A DNA stretch of 64,000 nt from Desulfatiglandales bacterium (GCA_963666345.1 OY762721.1:2976001-3040000); one strand, 5' to 3'. Counted from the stretch's first letter, positions 1-9,736 are shown. Program-made: numbers and translations. The notes: generated from the letters alone by a model not told the origin.

Positions 1-483
1 TACAGCGAACCTGGACAGGGTTCCACCTTCAAGGTTTACCTGCCCAAGGTGAAGGGAGATGTTAAGGGGGAGGAGAAAGAACGAACCCCAGTAATCAAAC
101 TTGCCGGTTTTGAGACCGTTTTAATTGTAGAAGATGATGATAGCCTTCGGAAACTTACTCAAAAGTCTCTCCAGCCCCATGGATACAGAATACTTGTGGC
201 TGAAAACGGCGAAGATGCCTTGAGAGTAAGCAAGGAGCACGAGGGGCCTATTGATCTGCTGATCACTGATGTGGTGATGCCCAGGATAGGCGGTAAGGAA
301 GTCGCAGAACGGCTGCAACCGCTCTACCCACGAATGAAGGTAATTTACATGTCCGGATATACTGACGACTCTATTGTTCATCGCGGTGTTCTGGCACCGG
401 GACTTAATTTTCTCGAAAAGCCGTTTTCACCGGAAGGTTTGGCGCGCAAAGTGCGGGAGGTTCTGGACAAGAAAAAAGATTAA
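1..483 (+). CDS. C-terminal part of hybrid sensor histidine kinase (end of HATPase plus receiver domain); 5'-truncated by window edge
   Basis: Frame is open from base 1 (YSEPGQGSTFKVYLP), then receiver motifs [25 protein letters not shown]. Confidence 0.9.
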   Translation, partial: YSEPGQGSTFKVYLPKVKGDVKGEEKERTPVIKLAGFETVLIVEDDDSLRKLTQKSLQPHGYRILVAENGEDALRVSKEHEGPIDLLITDVVMPRIGGKEVAERLQPLYPRMKVIYMSGYTDDSIVHRGVLAPGLNFLEKPFSPEGLARKVREVLDKKKD

Positions 484-510
484 ATTCGTGCCATAGGTCA
501 CGCCGGTAAA

Positions 511-655
511 ATCAAGTATGATTATCCCAATGGTTGAGAATCTGGTCGCCCTTAAAACTCAAAGATACTGGATGTATCTTTGAGACATGGGCGGTTTAAA
601 TATGATTATCCGATGGTTGACAAATTGGAGGGCCTGAAATTTTCGGATACTGATA
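511..655. repeat. Two tandem degenerate copies (A1 511-575, A2 ~595-655) of a ~60-bp intergenic repeat
   Basis: TATGATTATCC at 517 and 601. Right parts are CCTTAAAACTCAAAGATACTGGATGT and GGCCTGAAATTTTCGGATACTGAT, related to copies at 4316, 4397, 5066 and 5908. Confidence 0.75.
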
Positions 656-784
656 CAATTCGAAACTTTATGACGGTATAATCATACTTTTGAAAATGTA
701 AGTAAGTTTTGGTTTGTATGCCAAAAGCAGATGATATCACTATGATGATGAACCCCTGAGAAATTTAGACAAAGGAGGGTGCAA

Positions 785-1957
785 ATGGAAAGCGTAATAA
801 GACGTTGCCTAATAACAATCCTTGTCTCTATTCTTTTTGTTTCTTTAAATTCGGTCACTATAAGCGCCGCAGAAACTGATCCTGTTCTTAACGAAGGCAA
901 GAAATGGCGCATCGGCTACCTTGAAGGCGGCCCCTATGTTAATTACCAAGGAACGCTGAAATCCATTATAACAAACCTGATGTCCATGGGATGGATTGAA
1001 AAAAGCGATCTCCCTGAGCTTCCAGATCTGGAAGATACCAGGGCTTTATGGGAATGGCTGTCTACCCCCGGCCGAAGCCGATACCTTACATTTGTTGAGG
1101 ACGGATACTGGTCATCCAACTGGAAGAAAGATAAAAGAGCGCAAAAGGTCGAAGAGATAAAAAAACGGATCTCAAATGTTCATGAGTTTGATCTTTTGAT
1201 CGCTATGGGCACTTGGGCTGGACAGGATATGGTCTCAATCACGAATAAAATCCCTGTAATGGTGATGTCTTGCAGCGATCCTGTTAAGGCAAAAATAATT
1301 AAAAGCGTTAAAGATTCGGGCCAAGACAATGTCCATGCATGGTGCGATCCGACCCGTGGTGAAAGACGCCTCCGGCTTTTCCATGACGTCTTGGGATTTA
1401 ATAAGCTGGGCGTTATTTATGAAAATACTGAAGATGGCAGAATTTATGCTGACCTGACGTCGATTCAAAAAGTATCAGGGGAACGCGGCTTTGAAACCGT
1501 TGAGTGTGAAGCCCTTGAAACAGGGCTTTCACTTCAAACAAGCCGAGACAATGTGGCTCGGTGCATCAATAAATTGGCTCAACGGATCGACGCTCTGATA
1601 ATCTCTGATCACCGTGGGCTTCATCCCAAAAATTTTCCGGAACTCATCAATCCGCTTTTAAAAGAGGGCATTCCTGTCTTTACCGCTGTCCGGGGACCAA
1701 CATTGGTAAAACGCGGCGTACTGATGGGAATCGCCCGGGAGGATTACCAACCACTGGGTGGCTTTTACGCAGAAACGATGGCCCGCATTTTTAATGGTTC
1801 CAGCCCCAGGGATTTGACACAAATTTATGAGGAGCCGCTGAAGCTGGCAATTAATCTTGAAGCAGCCCGAATCCTCGGGTATGAAGTTCCACCGAATATC
1901 AAAAAGATTGCCGATATCATATACTCGAAAATCGATCGAAGTCTTATGGAGCAATAG
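785..1957 (+). CDS. ABC-type periplasmic substrate-binding protein (ABC_sub_bind-like), probably sensor-associated
   Basis: Signal-peptide-like N-terminus, DLLIAMGTWAG, SDPVKAKII and LAINLEAARILG motifs; GGAGG RBS before ATG 785. Confidence 0.75.
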   Translation: MESVIRRCLITILVSILFVSLNSVTISAAETDPVLNEGKKWRIGYLEGGPYVNYQGTLKSIITNLMSMGWIEKSDLPELPDLEDTRALWEWLSTPGRSRYLTFVEDGYWSSNWKKDKRAQKVEEIKKRISNVHEFDLLIAMGTWAGQDMVSITNKIPVMVMSCSDPVKAKIIKSVKDSGQDNVHAWCDPTRGERRLRLFHDVLGFNKLGVIYENTEDGRIYADLTSIQKVSGERGFETVECEALETGLSLQTSRDNVARCINKLAQRIDALIISDHRGLHPKNFPELINPLLKEGIPVFTAVRGPTLVKRGVLMGIAREDYQPLGGFYAETMARIFNGSSPRDLTQIYEEPLKLAINLEAARILGYEVPPNIKKIADIIYSKIDRSLMEQ

Positions 1958-1965
1958 GTGGACCA

Positions 1966-4326
1966 ATGATTCGTTGGTTGAAATCCGATTATGCCAAGGC
2001 GATGAGCTTTGCGATAGCTTTTGGTATCCTATTTTGGATTGTCGATGGATATTTCGAATATATATTTTTCCACAAAAATTTGAAATTTCTGCTACTTGAA
2101 GGTCCCGAAACACTTTTGGAATCCCTTTTTACCAAGGTGTCCCTTCACTCGCTTTTTGTAAGGATTTCTTTCCTTTTTGTGGCGTTCCTTGGGGGCTTGT
2201 TACTCTCATTCTTTCTTTACAGGAAAAACCAAATTCAGAAATCACTCCGAATCAGCGAGGAGACTTTTTCAGGTTTTTTCAACCAAGGCAACATCGGAAT
2301 GGCCATCATTTCGTTGGAGAAAGGCTGGGTAAACGTCAACAAAAAACTCTGCCATATGTTAGGATACAGTGAAGAAGAATTGATGCAGAAGACCTGGACG
2401 GAAATGACTCACCCGGACGATCTTGAACCGGATCTGGCGCTGTTTAATAAAATGATAACAGGTGAAATTGACAATTATGAAATGGAAAAGCGCTTCTTTA
2501 GAAAAGACCATAGTGTCATTTATATCCATTTAACGGTCTCGTGCACAAGGATTTCTGACGGCTCCATTGAAAGGGTGTTGGCCACCCTTCAGGATATTTC
2601 CGAGAAAAAAGCTTCGCAGAATCGTATCATCCACTTGAACAGGGTACTTAAGGCGATTCGAGATGTGAATCAACTGATCGTTCGAGAAAAAAACTCGGAA
2701 GAGCTGATTAAAGAAGGTTGTAATCTTTTAGTGAATAATAGGGGTTATGTCTCCGCCCTTATGGTTCTTACTGATGAAAATGACAGTCTTGTTTCCTGGG
2801 CATCGTCTGGTTTTGAAGCGAACGATGATTTAATGAATAGCTTAGCGGAAAGTCATCGATTGCCCCTTTGCCTCAATCCGTCATCCGATAATGAAGTGAT
2901 TTTGATTGAAGGCAATCATGAGGCATGTAGGAATTGTCCTATTTCTGGAGCCTGTGCCGGGAAAAGGACATTGTCTGTTCCGCTGGCGCATGGCGGGGCG
3001 AAATTCGGTTATCTAACTGTTATCTTGGGCACTGATCTTGAGGTGGATGATGAAGAGATAGGTCTCTTTTCGGAGATGGCTGGAGACATAGGCTACGCTC
3101 TCAACTTCATTCGAATGGAAGAAGAACATAAAGCGTCTGAGCATAAAGGGCGGTTGCTTCAAAGTCAGTTGGCGCAGGCTCAAAAAATGGAATCCATAGG
3201 CCGTTTGGCTGGTGGGGTGGCGCATGACTACAACAATATATCCAGCATTATCATCGGCTATTCAGAATTGGCTCTGGAAAAGATAGAACAAGACGATCAA
3301 CTTTATGACGACTTGATAGAGATTTATAGCGCTGCAAAGCGCTCGACGGAAATTACCCGTCAATTGCTGGCTTTTGCTCGTCAACAGACCATTTCTCCCA
3401 AAGTTCTCGACCTAAACGACAGCGTTGAAGGTATGTTAAAAATGCTCAGGAGGCTCATCGGCGAAGACATCGACCTCGCTTGGCTTCCCGGCGCCGATGT
3501 TGGTCCGGTTAGGATCGACCCTTCTCAGGTCGATCAAATCTTGGCAAACCTTTGCGTGAATGCCCGGGACGCCATAGCCGACGTGGGTAAAATCACCATC
3601 GAAACAAAAAATGCCTGCTTTGATGACGTCTATTGCGCCGAACACACAGGATTTATCGAAGGTGAGTTTGTGCTGCTTGCCGTGAGTGACGACGGCAGTG
3701 GAATTCCATCGGAAAACCTGGACAAAATATTCGAGCCATTTTTTACCACAAAGGGTATCGGGAAAGGCACAGGTTTAGGGTTAGCCACTGTTTATGGCAT
3801 CGTTAAACAGAATAATGGATTCATCAACGTATACAGCGAGCCCGAAAAAGGGACGACCATCAGGGTCTATCTTCCTAGGCATACCGGTAGTGTTAGATCA
3901 ACACAGCCCCAAATTGTATCAGAGATTCCGTTAAGCCGAGGTGAATCAATCTTACTTGTCGAAGATGACGGCTCAATTCTAAAACTTGGCAAAAGAATGC
4001 TCAATGATTTGGGGTATAATGTTTTGTCTTCTAATAGTCCGGTCGATGCTCTCCAGTTGGCCAAAGACCATGCCGACAAGATCCATTTGCTGATAACCGA
4101 TGTGGTCATGCCTGAAATGAACGGCCGTGAGCTGTCTGAGAAACTTCAAGCGCTTTATCCTAATCTCAAAACTCTCTTCATGTCCGGTTATACAGCTAAT
4201 GTCATTGCCCACCGCGGTGTGCTGGAAGACGGTGTTAGCTTCATTTCAAAACCATTTTCGAAAAATGACATGGCCGAAAAGGTCCGGCAGGTCTTGGATA
4301 ATGCAATAATCGAAACTCATGATTAA
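1966..4326 (+). CDS. Membrane-anchored PAS/GAF hybrid sensor histidine kinase-response regulator
   Basis: Two TM segments, PAS (THPDD), H-box [11 protein letters not shown]-boxes DDGSG and GKGTGLGL, C-terminal receiver. Confidence 0.93.
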   Translation: MIRWLKSDYAKAMSFAIAFGILFWIVDGYFEYIFFHKNLKFLLLEGPETLLESLFTKVSLHSLFVRISFLFVAFLGGLLLSFFLYRKNQIQKSLRISEETFSGFFNQGNIGMAIISLEKGWVNVNKKLCHMLGYSEEELMQKTWTEMTHPDDLEPDLALFNKMITGEIDNYEMEKRFFRKDHSVIYIHLTVSCTRISDGSIERVLATLQDISEKKASQNRIIHLNRVLKAIRDVNQLIVREKNSEELIKEGCNLLVNNRGYVSALMVLTDENDSLVSWASSGFEANDDLMNSLAESHRLPLCLNPSSDNEVILIEGNHEACRNCPISGACAGKRTLSVPLAHGGAKFGYLTVILGTDLEVDDEEIGLFSEMAGDIGYALNFIRMEEEHKASEHKGRLLQSQLAQAQKMESIGRLAGGVAHDYNNISSIIIGYSELALEKIEQDDQLYDDLIEIYSAAKRSTEITRQLLAFARQQTISPKVLDLNDSVEGMLKMLRRLIGEDIDLAWLPGADVGPVRIDPSQVDQILANLCVNARDAIADVGKITIETKNACFDDVYCAEHTGFIEGEFVLLAVSDDGSGIPSENLDKIFEPFFTTKGIGKGTGLGLATVYGIVKQNNGFINVYSEPEKGTTIRVYLPRHTGSVRSTQPQIVSEIPLSRGESILLVEDDGSILKLGKRMLNDLGYNVLSSNSPVDALQLAKDHADKIHLLITDVVMPEMNGRELSEKLQALYPNLKTLFMSGYTANVIAHRGVLEDGVSFISKPFSKNDMAEKVRQVLDNAIIETHD

Positions 4327-4458
4327 TTATCCTAGCCACAACTTTTCAACCGGCCTGAAAACTCAAGGATACTGGATGTTTTAAAGATTGTATAGAATCA
4401 AGTATCCTTGTCCGAAACTGGATCAATCACGGATCATGAAATTTATAGATACCATTAA
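4316..4458. repeat. Two tandem degenerate copies (B1 4316-4379, B2 ~4397-4458) of the ~60-bp repeat; B1 overlaps the kinase stop codon
   Basis: ATTATCC...CCTGAAAACTCAAGGATACTGGATGT. CAAGGATACTGGAT and ATCAAGTATCCTTG form a 14-bp inverted repeat with one mismatch. Confidence 0.75.
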
Positions 4459-4658
4459 TATCCGTAATGATTGACAGGTTATAGCTTAAAAGATATCTAG
4501 GAGACGCTATCTGAGCGACTGATCGACATATATGACGATTGAATGGACTCATGTCTTTTATTTTTGACTTCCGAAATAGTGTTAGGCTCTCCAATAGTCG
4601 TTATTAGAAGTGGATTATATTCTGTTCTTATCAACCAAACCCATATGGAGGAAATCAA

Positions 4659-4922
4659 ATGACCAAAGTCGAATTAATCGAAAAAGTCGCTAGAGATGCA
4701 GGAATCACGAAAAAGGCAGCGAAAAAAGCATTTGATTCTGTGTTGGAAGGTATAAAACAAGGGGTACAAAAAAGGAACCACAAGGTAACTCTTATAGGAT
4801 TCGGTACATTTAAAAATGTTTACAGAAAAACCCGCATGGGTCGAAATCCACAAACTGGTGAAAAAATCAAAATCAAAGGTAAGAGCGTCGTCACCTTCAA
4901 GCCCAGTAAGAATATACTATAG
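4659..4922 (+). CDS. hup: DNA-binding protein HU family
   Basis: MTKVELIEKVA, GFGTF, GRNPQTGEKIKI, FKPSK; GGAGG RBS. Confidence 0.93.
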   Translation: MTKVELIEKVARDAGITKKAAKKAFDSVLEGIKQGVQKRNHKVTLIGFGTFKNVYRKTRMGRNPQTGEKIKIKGKSVVTFKPSKNIL

Positions 4923-4955
4923 AGATACAAAACTGAATATTTAGCCAGCCTGACT

Positions 4956-5054
4956 GCGACGGTGCTGGGAAAAAGGGCCTTTACCTACAAGCCGATTTTA
5001 AGGACCGATCTGACAGAAACGGTCCGAAAAGTGCTGGATGAGGCGAAAGGCTAA
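4956..5054 (+). pseudogene. Orphan C-terminal remnant of a receiver domain
   Basis: Translates ATVLGKRAFTYKPILRTDLTETVRKVLDEAKG*, matching receiver C-termini in this window (GIKAFAMKPLVFKDLADIVRNVLD); no start codon. Confidence 0.7.
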
Positions 5055-5065
5055 ATTTTCACATT

Positions 5066-5118
5066 TTTAACCAGTCACAACTTTTCATCACCACTGAGAA
5101 CTCAAGCTTACTGGATGT
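5066..5118. repeat. Copy C of the ~60-bp repeat
   Basis: 40/53 identical to 4327-4379 by hand alignment (CACAACTTTTCA...CTGA.AACTCAAG..TACTGGATGT). Confidence 0.8.
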
Positions 5119-5207
5119 AGGCATCAATGCAATTGCGGTAATGGGCACGATCAGATAAATGCAAGTAATCGCAACTCGAAAAGATCGAGAAGACGCTGGT
5201 AAAAATC

Positions 5208-5900
5208 ATGTCTGAAAAGCCAACCTATGAAGAATTAGAAAAGCGGGTAAAAGAGCTATCGAACGCCGAATACGAACTAAAACTGGCTGTTGAGAAACTC
5301 AGGCAAAGTGAAAATCGATTTTACAATCTTATTGAAGGTTCTATTCAGGGAGTACTTATCCATCGAGAACACAAGGCGCTTTTTGTAAATCAAAAATGGG
5401 CGAATATACATGGGTATTCACCAGAGGAAGTACTTAGAATGGATACGGTTGTACAATTGATTTCCCCAAAAGATCAGAAGCGGATGATCGAATACAAAGA
5501 AGCACGTAAACAGGGTAAAGACGCTCCTACGGATTATGAATATCAAGGTGTACATAAAAATGGATCTTATATTTGGCTGGATAACAGAGCCAGTGTCGTC
5601 CAATGGGAAGGGCGGAATGCTATCCAAACAACTATTTTTGATATAACCAACCGTAAAAAGGCTGAGGAACAACGGGACAGGTTAATTTCGGACCTTCAAA
5701 AAACACTATCAGAGGTTAAAACATTACAGGGTTTTCTACCCATTTGCTCACATTGCAAAAAAATCCGTGATGACAAGGGTTATTGGAATCAGATCGAATC
5801 ATATATGAACAAACATTCCGATATTGAATTTAGCCACGGTATTTGTCCAGAATGTGCCAAAAAATATTATCCTGATATGCATCTTTATGATGATGAATAG
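5208..5900 (+). CDS. PAS-domain protein with C-terminal Cys-rich (CxxCKKIRDDxGYW...CPEC) domain
   Basis: KPTYEELEKRV coiled coil, PAS fold, LPICSHCKKIRDDKGYWNQIESY...FSHGICPEC. Confidence 0.85.
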   Translation: MSEKPTYEELEKRVKELSNAEYELKLAVEKLRQSENRFYNLIEGSIQGVLIHREHKALFVNQKWANIHGYSPEEVLRMDTVVQLISPKDQKRMIEYKEARKQGKDAPTDYEYQGVHKNGSYIWLDNRASVVQWEGRNAIQTTIFDITNRKKAEEQRDRLISDLQKTLSEVKTLQGFLPICSHCKKIRDDKGYWNQIESYMNKHSDIEFSHGICPECAKKYYPDMHLYDDE

Positions 5901-5907
5901 CTGCAAA

Positions 5908-5962
5908 TAATTATCCTATCCAAAAATTCCGGCCAGCTATAAAAATCAACAATTCCAAAGGT
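5908..5962. repeat. Most degenerate copy (D) of the ~60-bp repeat
   Basis: TAATTATCCTA.CCA.AA.TT and AAAA.TCAA shared with B1; begins a few bp after the stop at 5900. Confidence 0.55.
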
Positions 5963-6322
5963 AATCACAAGAGGGATGACTTTATCTTGTGTCATTGATG
6001 CTGTAAAAGTGGGTGTTATTGCTGGATATCACAGGGTTAACCGAACCTGCGATTTGAAAGTTATCTCATAAAAAGGAAAAAGGCGTCAAATGGTTGGTAT
6101 CTCAGCTTAGTGAAGAACTGTGATATGATCAGAATATCTGTGATCTTTGATGATGAAAATATTCTGGTGTTTTTTGGTGAGATCACAGCAATTGCGATCC
6201 GTGTGATATGAAAGTGGTATCTTTCCTAGCTGGAGATTGAACCAAAACAAATAAATACAGTCCTTGCCTAAACCGCCTACCATTTTATATCATCCCTAGA
6301 AACAAAGCATGACAGGAGTCTT

Positions 6323-6613
6323 ATGCCAATGAGTCTAACCAAAGCTCAAATCGTTGAAGGGATACACCAAGGGACGGGTTTAACAAGAAAACAAGCGGGT
6401 GATGCCTTAGAAGACATCCTTGATATCATTAAGAACAGGCTTGAAACCGGGGAAAGTGTCTTGATTTCAGGTTTTGGTAGGTTTGCAGTCAAGGAAAAGC
6501 GCCCTAGGCGAGGTAGAAACCCTGCCACAGGCAAGTCCATAATGCTTGATGGTAGAAAAGTCGTCAGTTTTAAGTGCTCTGGTGTCCTAAAAGACAGGCT
6601 AAATAAGTCATAA
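6323..6613 (+). CDS. ihfA: Integration host factor alpha-like subunit (island-borne)
   Basis: LTKAQIVE, ISGFGRF, RRGRNPATG, VVSFKCSGVLKDRLN. Confidence 0.88.
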   Translation: MPMSLTKAQIVEGIHQGTGLTRKQAGDALEDILDIIKNRLETGESVLISGFGRFAVKEKRPRRGRNPATGKSIMLDGRKVVSFKCSGVLKDRLNKS

Positions 6614-7220
6614 GTCACTCAATTACGAGGTATTGGACTTCTATACCGTATAAATCACTCGATTTTCACTTCCCTCAAGTCCTTTAAACATAGTTGTAAG
6701 ATCAAAAATATGCGATTGAGGTCTTAAAATACCAGTTTGCGTTTAAAATATTGATGTTTCACGCTCCTTTTTAACCGTTTCTCACTCAAAACCACCTTTT
6801 TCAACAACAAAACACCCTTCTGTAAGAAAACTTCAAACCATTAACATAAGAGGCCTGGACCTGCTTCATAAATTACTGTTTTTTGTACTTGATAAGTCAT
6901 CTTGTAATGTCAACTGATCAATTTTTGCCAACAACTCATGGATAAACCGATTGAAGCAGGTAGTTCAAGAAATATCAATACAGTTTATTATTGATTATGT
7001 CAGTTTAAATTGTTTTATTTTGAAGTGATCAATGGATGATTTGAGGGCATGAACCTGGCTTCTCAATGCTTTTAATTAAGTCAGATAAATATCATCAAAG
7101 ACTGCAGGAAACTCTCAGAGAGGATAATATCGTAGAGCCAACAGTCATCAAATATCAAAGCTTATGGAATTCGGAAAAACCGCTCCCTCAAAACCAAATT
7201 AAAAAAAGAAAAAAACTTGA

Positions 7221-7320
7221 GTGACAGTATGACAGCAAATTTCAAACATTATTTTTTATAGTTAATATAATTACTTAATTAAATTAACAAATATAAAAAT
7301 TTTTACCGTCATACCGTCAC
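7221..7320. other. Putative replication origin of the element: inverted iteron-like repeats around an AT-rich core
   Basis: GTGACAGTATGACAGCAAAT ... ATTTTTACCGTCATACCGTCAC flank a nearly all-A/T spacer immediately downstream of the primase gene. Confidence 0.6.
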
Positions 7321-7326
7321 AAGAAA

Positions 7327-9534
7327 TTAGTCTGAAACAACCTTACTTTTGAGTTTTATCAGACGCTTTTTTGAAGTCCTGTTATAGACTACTTCTACAC
7401 TGTTTTTTTCTAAGACATGGACTGCTCTTTTGAGTTCTTTGCCAATAGCAGCAGGACTGTTGGGAAATCCCTTTAAGTCTTTGTTTTGGTATGACAAATG
7501 CGCCTTCAAGTCGTTCAAAAGGTCGTCAGCAGTACCTTTCCACTGCTTTTTCTTATTCATAAAGGCAACAATGGTTAAAGCCAGGTAATCATTGTGAAGA
7601 CATATCCTGCTTTTTGTTTCAATGTTTTCCTGGTACTTCTTAAGGAACAGGTTGTTTTTCCAAGGCATTGCCGGTTCAGCTGCAACCACCCACTGAGTGA
7701 AATCAGCCATCCTTGGTTTGGTTTTTAAATTAACTTTGCTTAAGTTTTTCAAAGCTTCACTAACACCGTTAATTATACTTCCTAAGATATATGGTTTGTC
7801 ATTTTCAATTCTTGCCCATAACTCCCTTTCAGAAACCCTGTTTTTGTCTGAAATAGAGGGCAGTTCTATGACAATCGACCTGTCTGCTAGATCTGCTCGT
7901 ACAGCCAAATCGTCTATTCCGTTTAGAATTACAGGCCTTACTGCGTTAAAGATTTGCTCTTGAGTGTTGGTGTACTGCTTCCTTACTGACAATCCCCCAC
8001 CGGTTGAAAGTTGACAAAAGGCATCAGACAACCAGCCAGAGAACCTAGAGAGGTTATCGAATGCCAAAACCCAGCTGTTTCTTGCTGATATCATCAAATC
8101 TCTGGTGCTTTGAGGAGGTGTTCTAAGGGGGCCTTCACTCGGGTCGATTAGCTGCTTTAAGAGCTTGGAGGTGGTTGATTTGGCTGACCCCGGCCCACCT
8201 TGCAAGACCAGAATTGGGTAAGGCCCTGATGGATTCATGCTACCTAAAAGCCAGGCAACAATGAGGAGTTTGTCGGCTTTTAGAAAGCTTTTTAGCCTGA
8301 ACTTCCCATCTTTTTCTACTTTTGGGTAAGGCAAGGCCATCATCCCTGTCGGTCTGATAAAATGATAAGGTGGATCAGTTATGATGCACCAGGTTTCAGA
8401 AGTGATCTTTATCACTTCCCTGTTTTGATTTGCCAAGTCTAAATATACTGCCTTCTCTGAACCGGCAACCCTTATATGAACTTCCCTTAGTTCAGACTCA
8501 AATCGAGCCTTGGCATCAAGCAACCCTATAATTCTATCCAAATCAGCCTGAGAAATTACTTTCTTATGTTCGTTGTAATATTGCTTTTGAAGGAGGTTGC
8601 TAAATTCTTTGGATCTTATGGCTAAGGTCTCTTGGCGGTTTTCAACATCAATGACGGCATAACCTTCCCTTATGGCTGTGTGGAAGGTTTTGAGGTTGCT
8701 CAGGAGGTTAGTCCTAAAGTAGTCGAGGCTAGATTTTGATGAATCAGATTTTCCCGGCTCGTATTGCTTAATACTATCAACTATTGCCTCAACCTCTGAT
8801 TCATCTAGCCGGGGCTTACACCTCTTTTTGTTAATAAGTTTCAAGGTAGCTTTGAGCTTTTCCTCGCTGTAACCTTCTGCCCGAAGCTTTCCTGCTATGC
8901 TTGTCAGTTCCGTGTTACGGTGTCCTTTTCTAATCTTGTCATAGGCATATGGTAGGGCTTGGTCGATGGATTTTGCACTTTTTCTAGCTTCCTTTATAGC
9001 TGTCTTAAATCCGTCAGGGTCTGCAAGGTAAATTTCTCTTGCATCCTTGCATTTCTTTTTGAGCCTAATCACCTTAATACGGCTCTTTAAACTTGACTTT
9101 AAAAGCTGCCTGAGAAGGTCTCTACCTCCTTGATCGGGTTCCATCATGAAGTATATTTTCTTGATGTCTTTAAGGTGGTCAGCGTCCCGTTCTTCCTTCC
9201 AGAGATTTGCCCCAGGGACTCCTATTGCAGGAATCTTGTGGTACCAGAGGATGTGACAATCACTTTCCCCTTCTACAATAACAATGTAGCCTTTTTTCTC
9301 AGCTTCATTTAACCGCCAGAGGCCGTATAGTGTGGGGGTCAATCCTGTTTTCCATCTAAACCGGTTTGGGCCTTTGACTGAATTTCGATACCTGACATTG
9401 ATTTCATTATGATCTCTGTCAAAATATGGGATTTTAAGGGAAGTTTTACCCTTGTATTCATTGTCTTCCAAACCTAGTTTTTTCAAAAAGGAAACAGGTA
9501 CTTTTGTTATCTTTCCGTATTTTTTTAAATTCAT
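7327..9534 (-). CDS. Mobile-element primase/helicase-type replication protein (Toprim + PriCT-1 + P-loop ATPase)
   Basis: IVEGESD, GVPGA, EPDQGG and KDARE (Toprim); GHRNTELTSIAG...CKPRLDESEV (PriCT-1); Walker A GGPGSAKST and Walker B-like LAFDN. Confidence 0.8.
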   Translation of the reverse strand: MNLKKYGKITKVPVSFLKKLGLEDNEYKGKTSLKIPYFDRDHNEINVRYRNSVKGPNRFRWKTGLTPTLYGLWRLNEAEKKGYIVIVEGESDCHILWYHKIPAIGVPGANLWKEERDADHLKDIKKIYFMMEPDQGGRDLLRQLLKSSLKSRIKVIRLKKKCKDAREIYLADPDGFKTAIKEARKSAKSIDQALPYAYDKIRKGHRNTELTSIAGKLRAEGYSEEKLKATLKLINKKRCKPRLDESEVEAIVDSIKQYEPGKSDSSKSSLDYFRTNLLSNLKTFHTAIREGYAVIDVENRQETLAIRSKEFSNLLQKQYYNEHKKVISQADLDRIIGLLDAKARFESELREVHIRVAGSEKAVYLDLANQNREVIKITSETWCIITDPPYHFIRPTGMMALPYPKVEKDGKFRLKSFLKADKLLIVAWLLGSMNPSGPYPILVLQGGPGSAKSTTSKLLKQLIDPSEGPLRTPPQSTRDLMISARNSWVLAFDNLSRFSGWLSDAFCQLSTGGGLSVRKQYTNTQEQIFNAVRPVILNGIDDLAVRADLADRSIVIELPSISDKNRVSERELWARIENDKPYILGSIINGVSEALKNLSKVNLKTKPRMADFTQWVVAAEPAMPWKNNLFLKKYQENIETKSRICLHNDYLALTIVAFMNKKKQWKGTADDLLNDLKAHLSYQNKDLKGFPNSPAAIGKELKRAVHVLEKNSVEVVYNRTSKKRLIKLKSKVVSD

Positions 9535-9736
9535 AATTAACTCCTTAATTGGTTGGGTTTGTAATGTGTTTTTTGCGATATCTGATATCCCTGTACAAAA
9601 CCTTTAAATGCCATCGGTTTATCTTTGGTTGTTAACTTTTCTTTCCCGCAATAAGAAAAGGGCCAGCCCTTTAAGAGACTGACCCTCCAATGAAAAACGA
9701 CACGTGTCGCGTGTTAAGTTGTTTACAAAATTACCA

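Noticed and set aside
4659..5054. HU stop is TAG and the receiver stump follows in the same frame, suggesting amber (pyrrolysine) readthrough
   Set aside because: HU is already full length, the extension is only a domain fragment, no pyl genes are in view, and frame coincidence has a 1-in-3 chance.
481..5962. Classical integron attC sites or a CRISPR array
   Set aside because: No RYYYAAC/GTTRRRY boxes or attC-type long hairpin, no intI or cas gene, and the repeats are degenerate and separated by whole genes.
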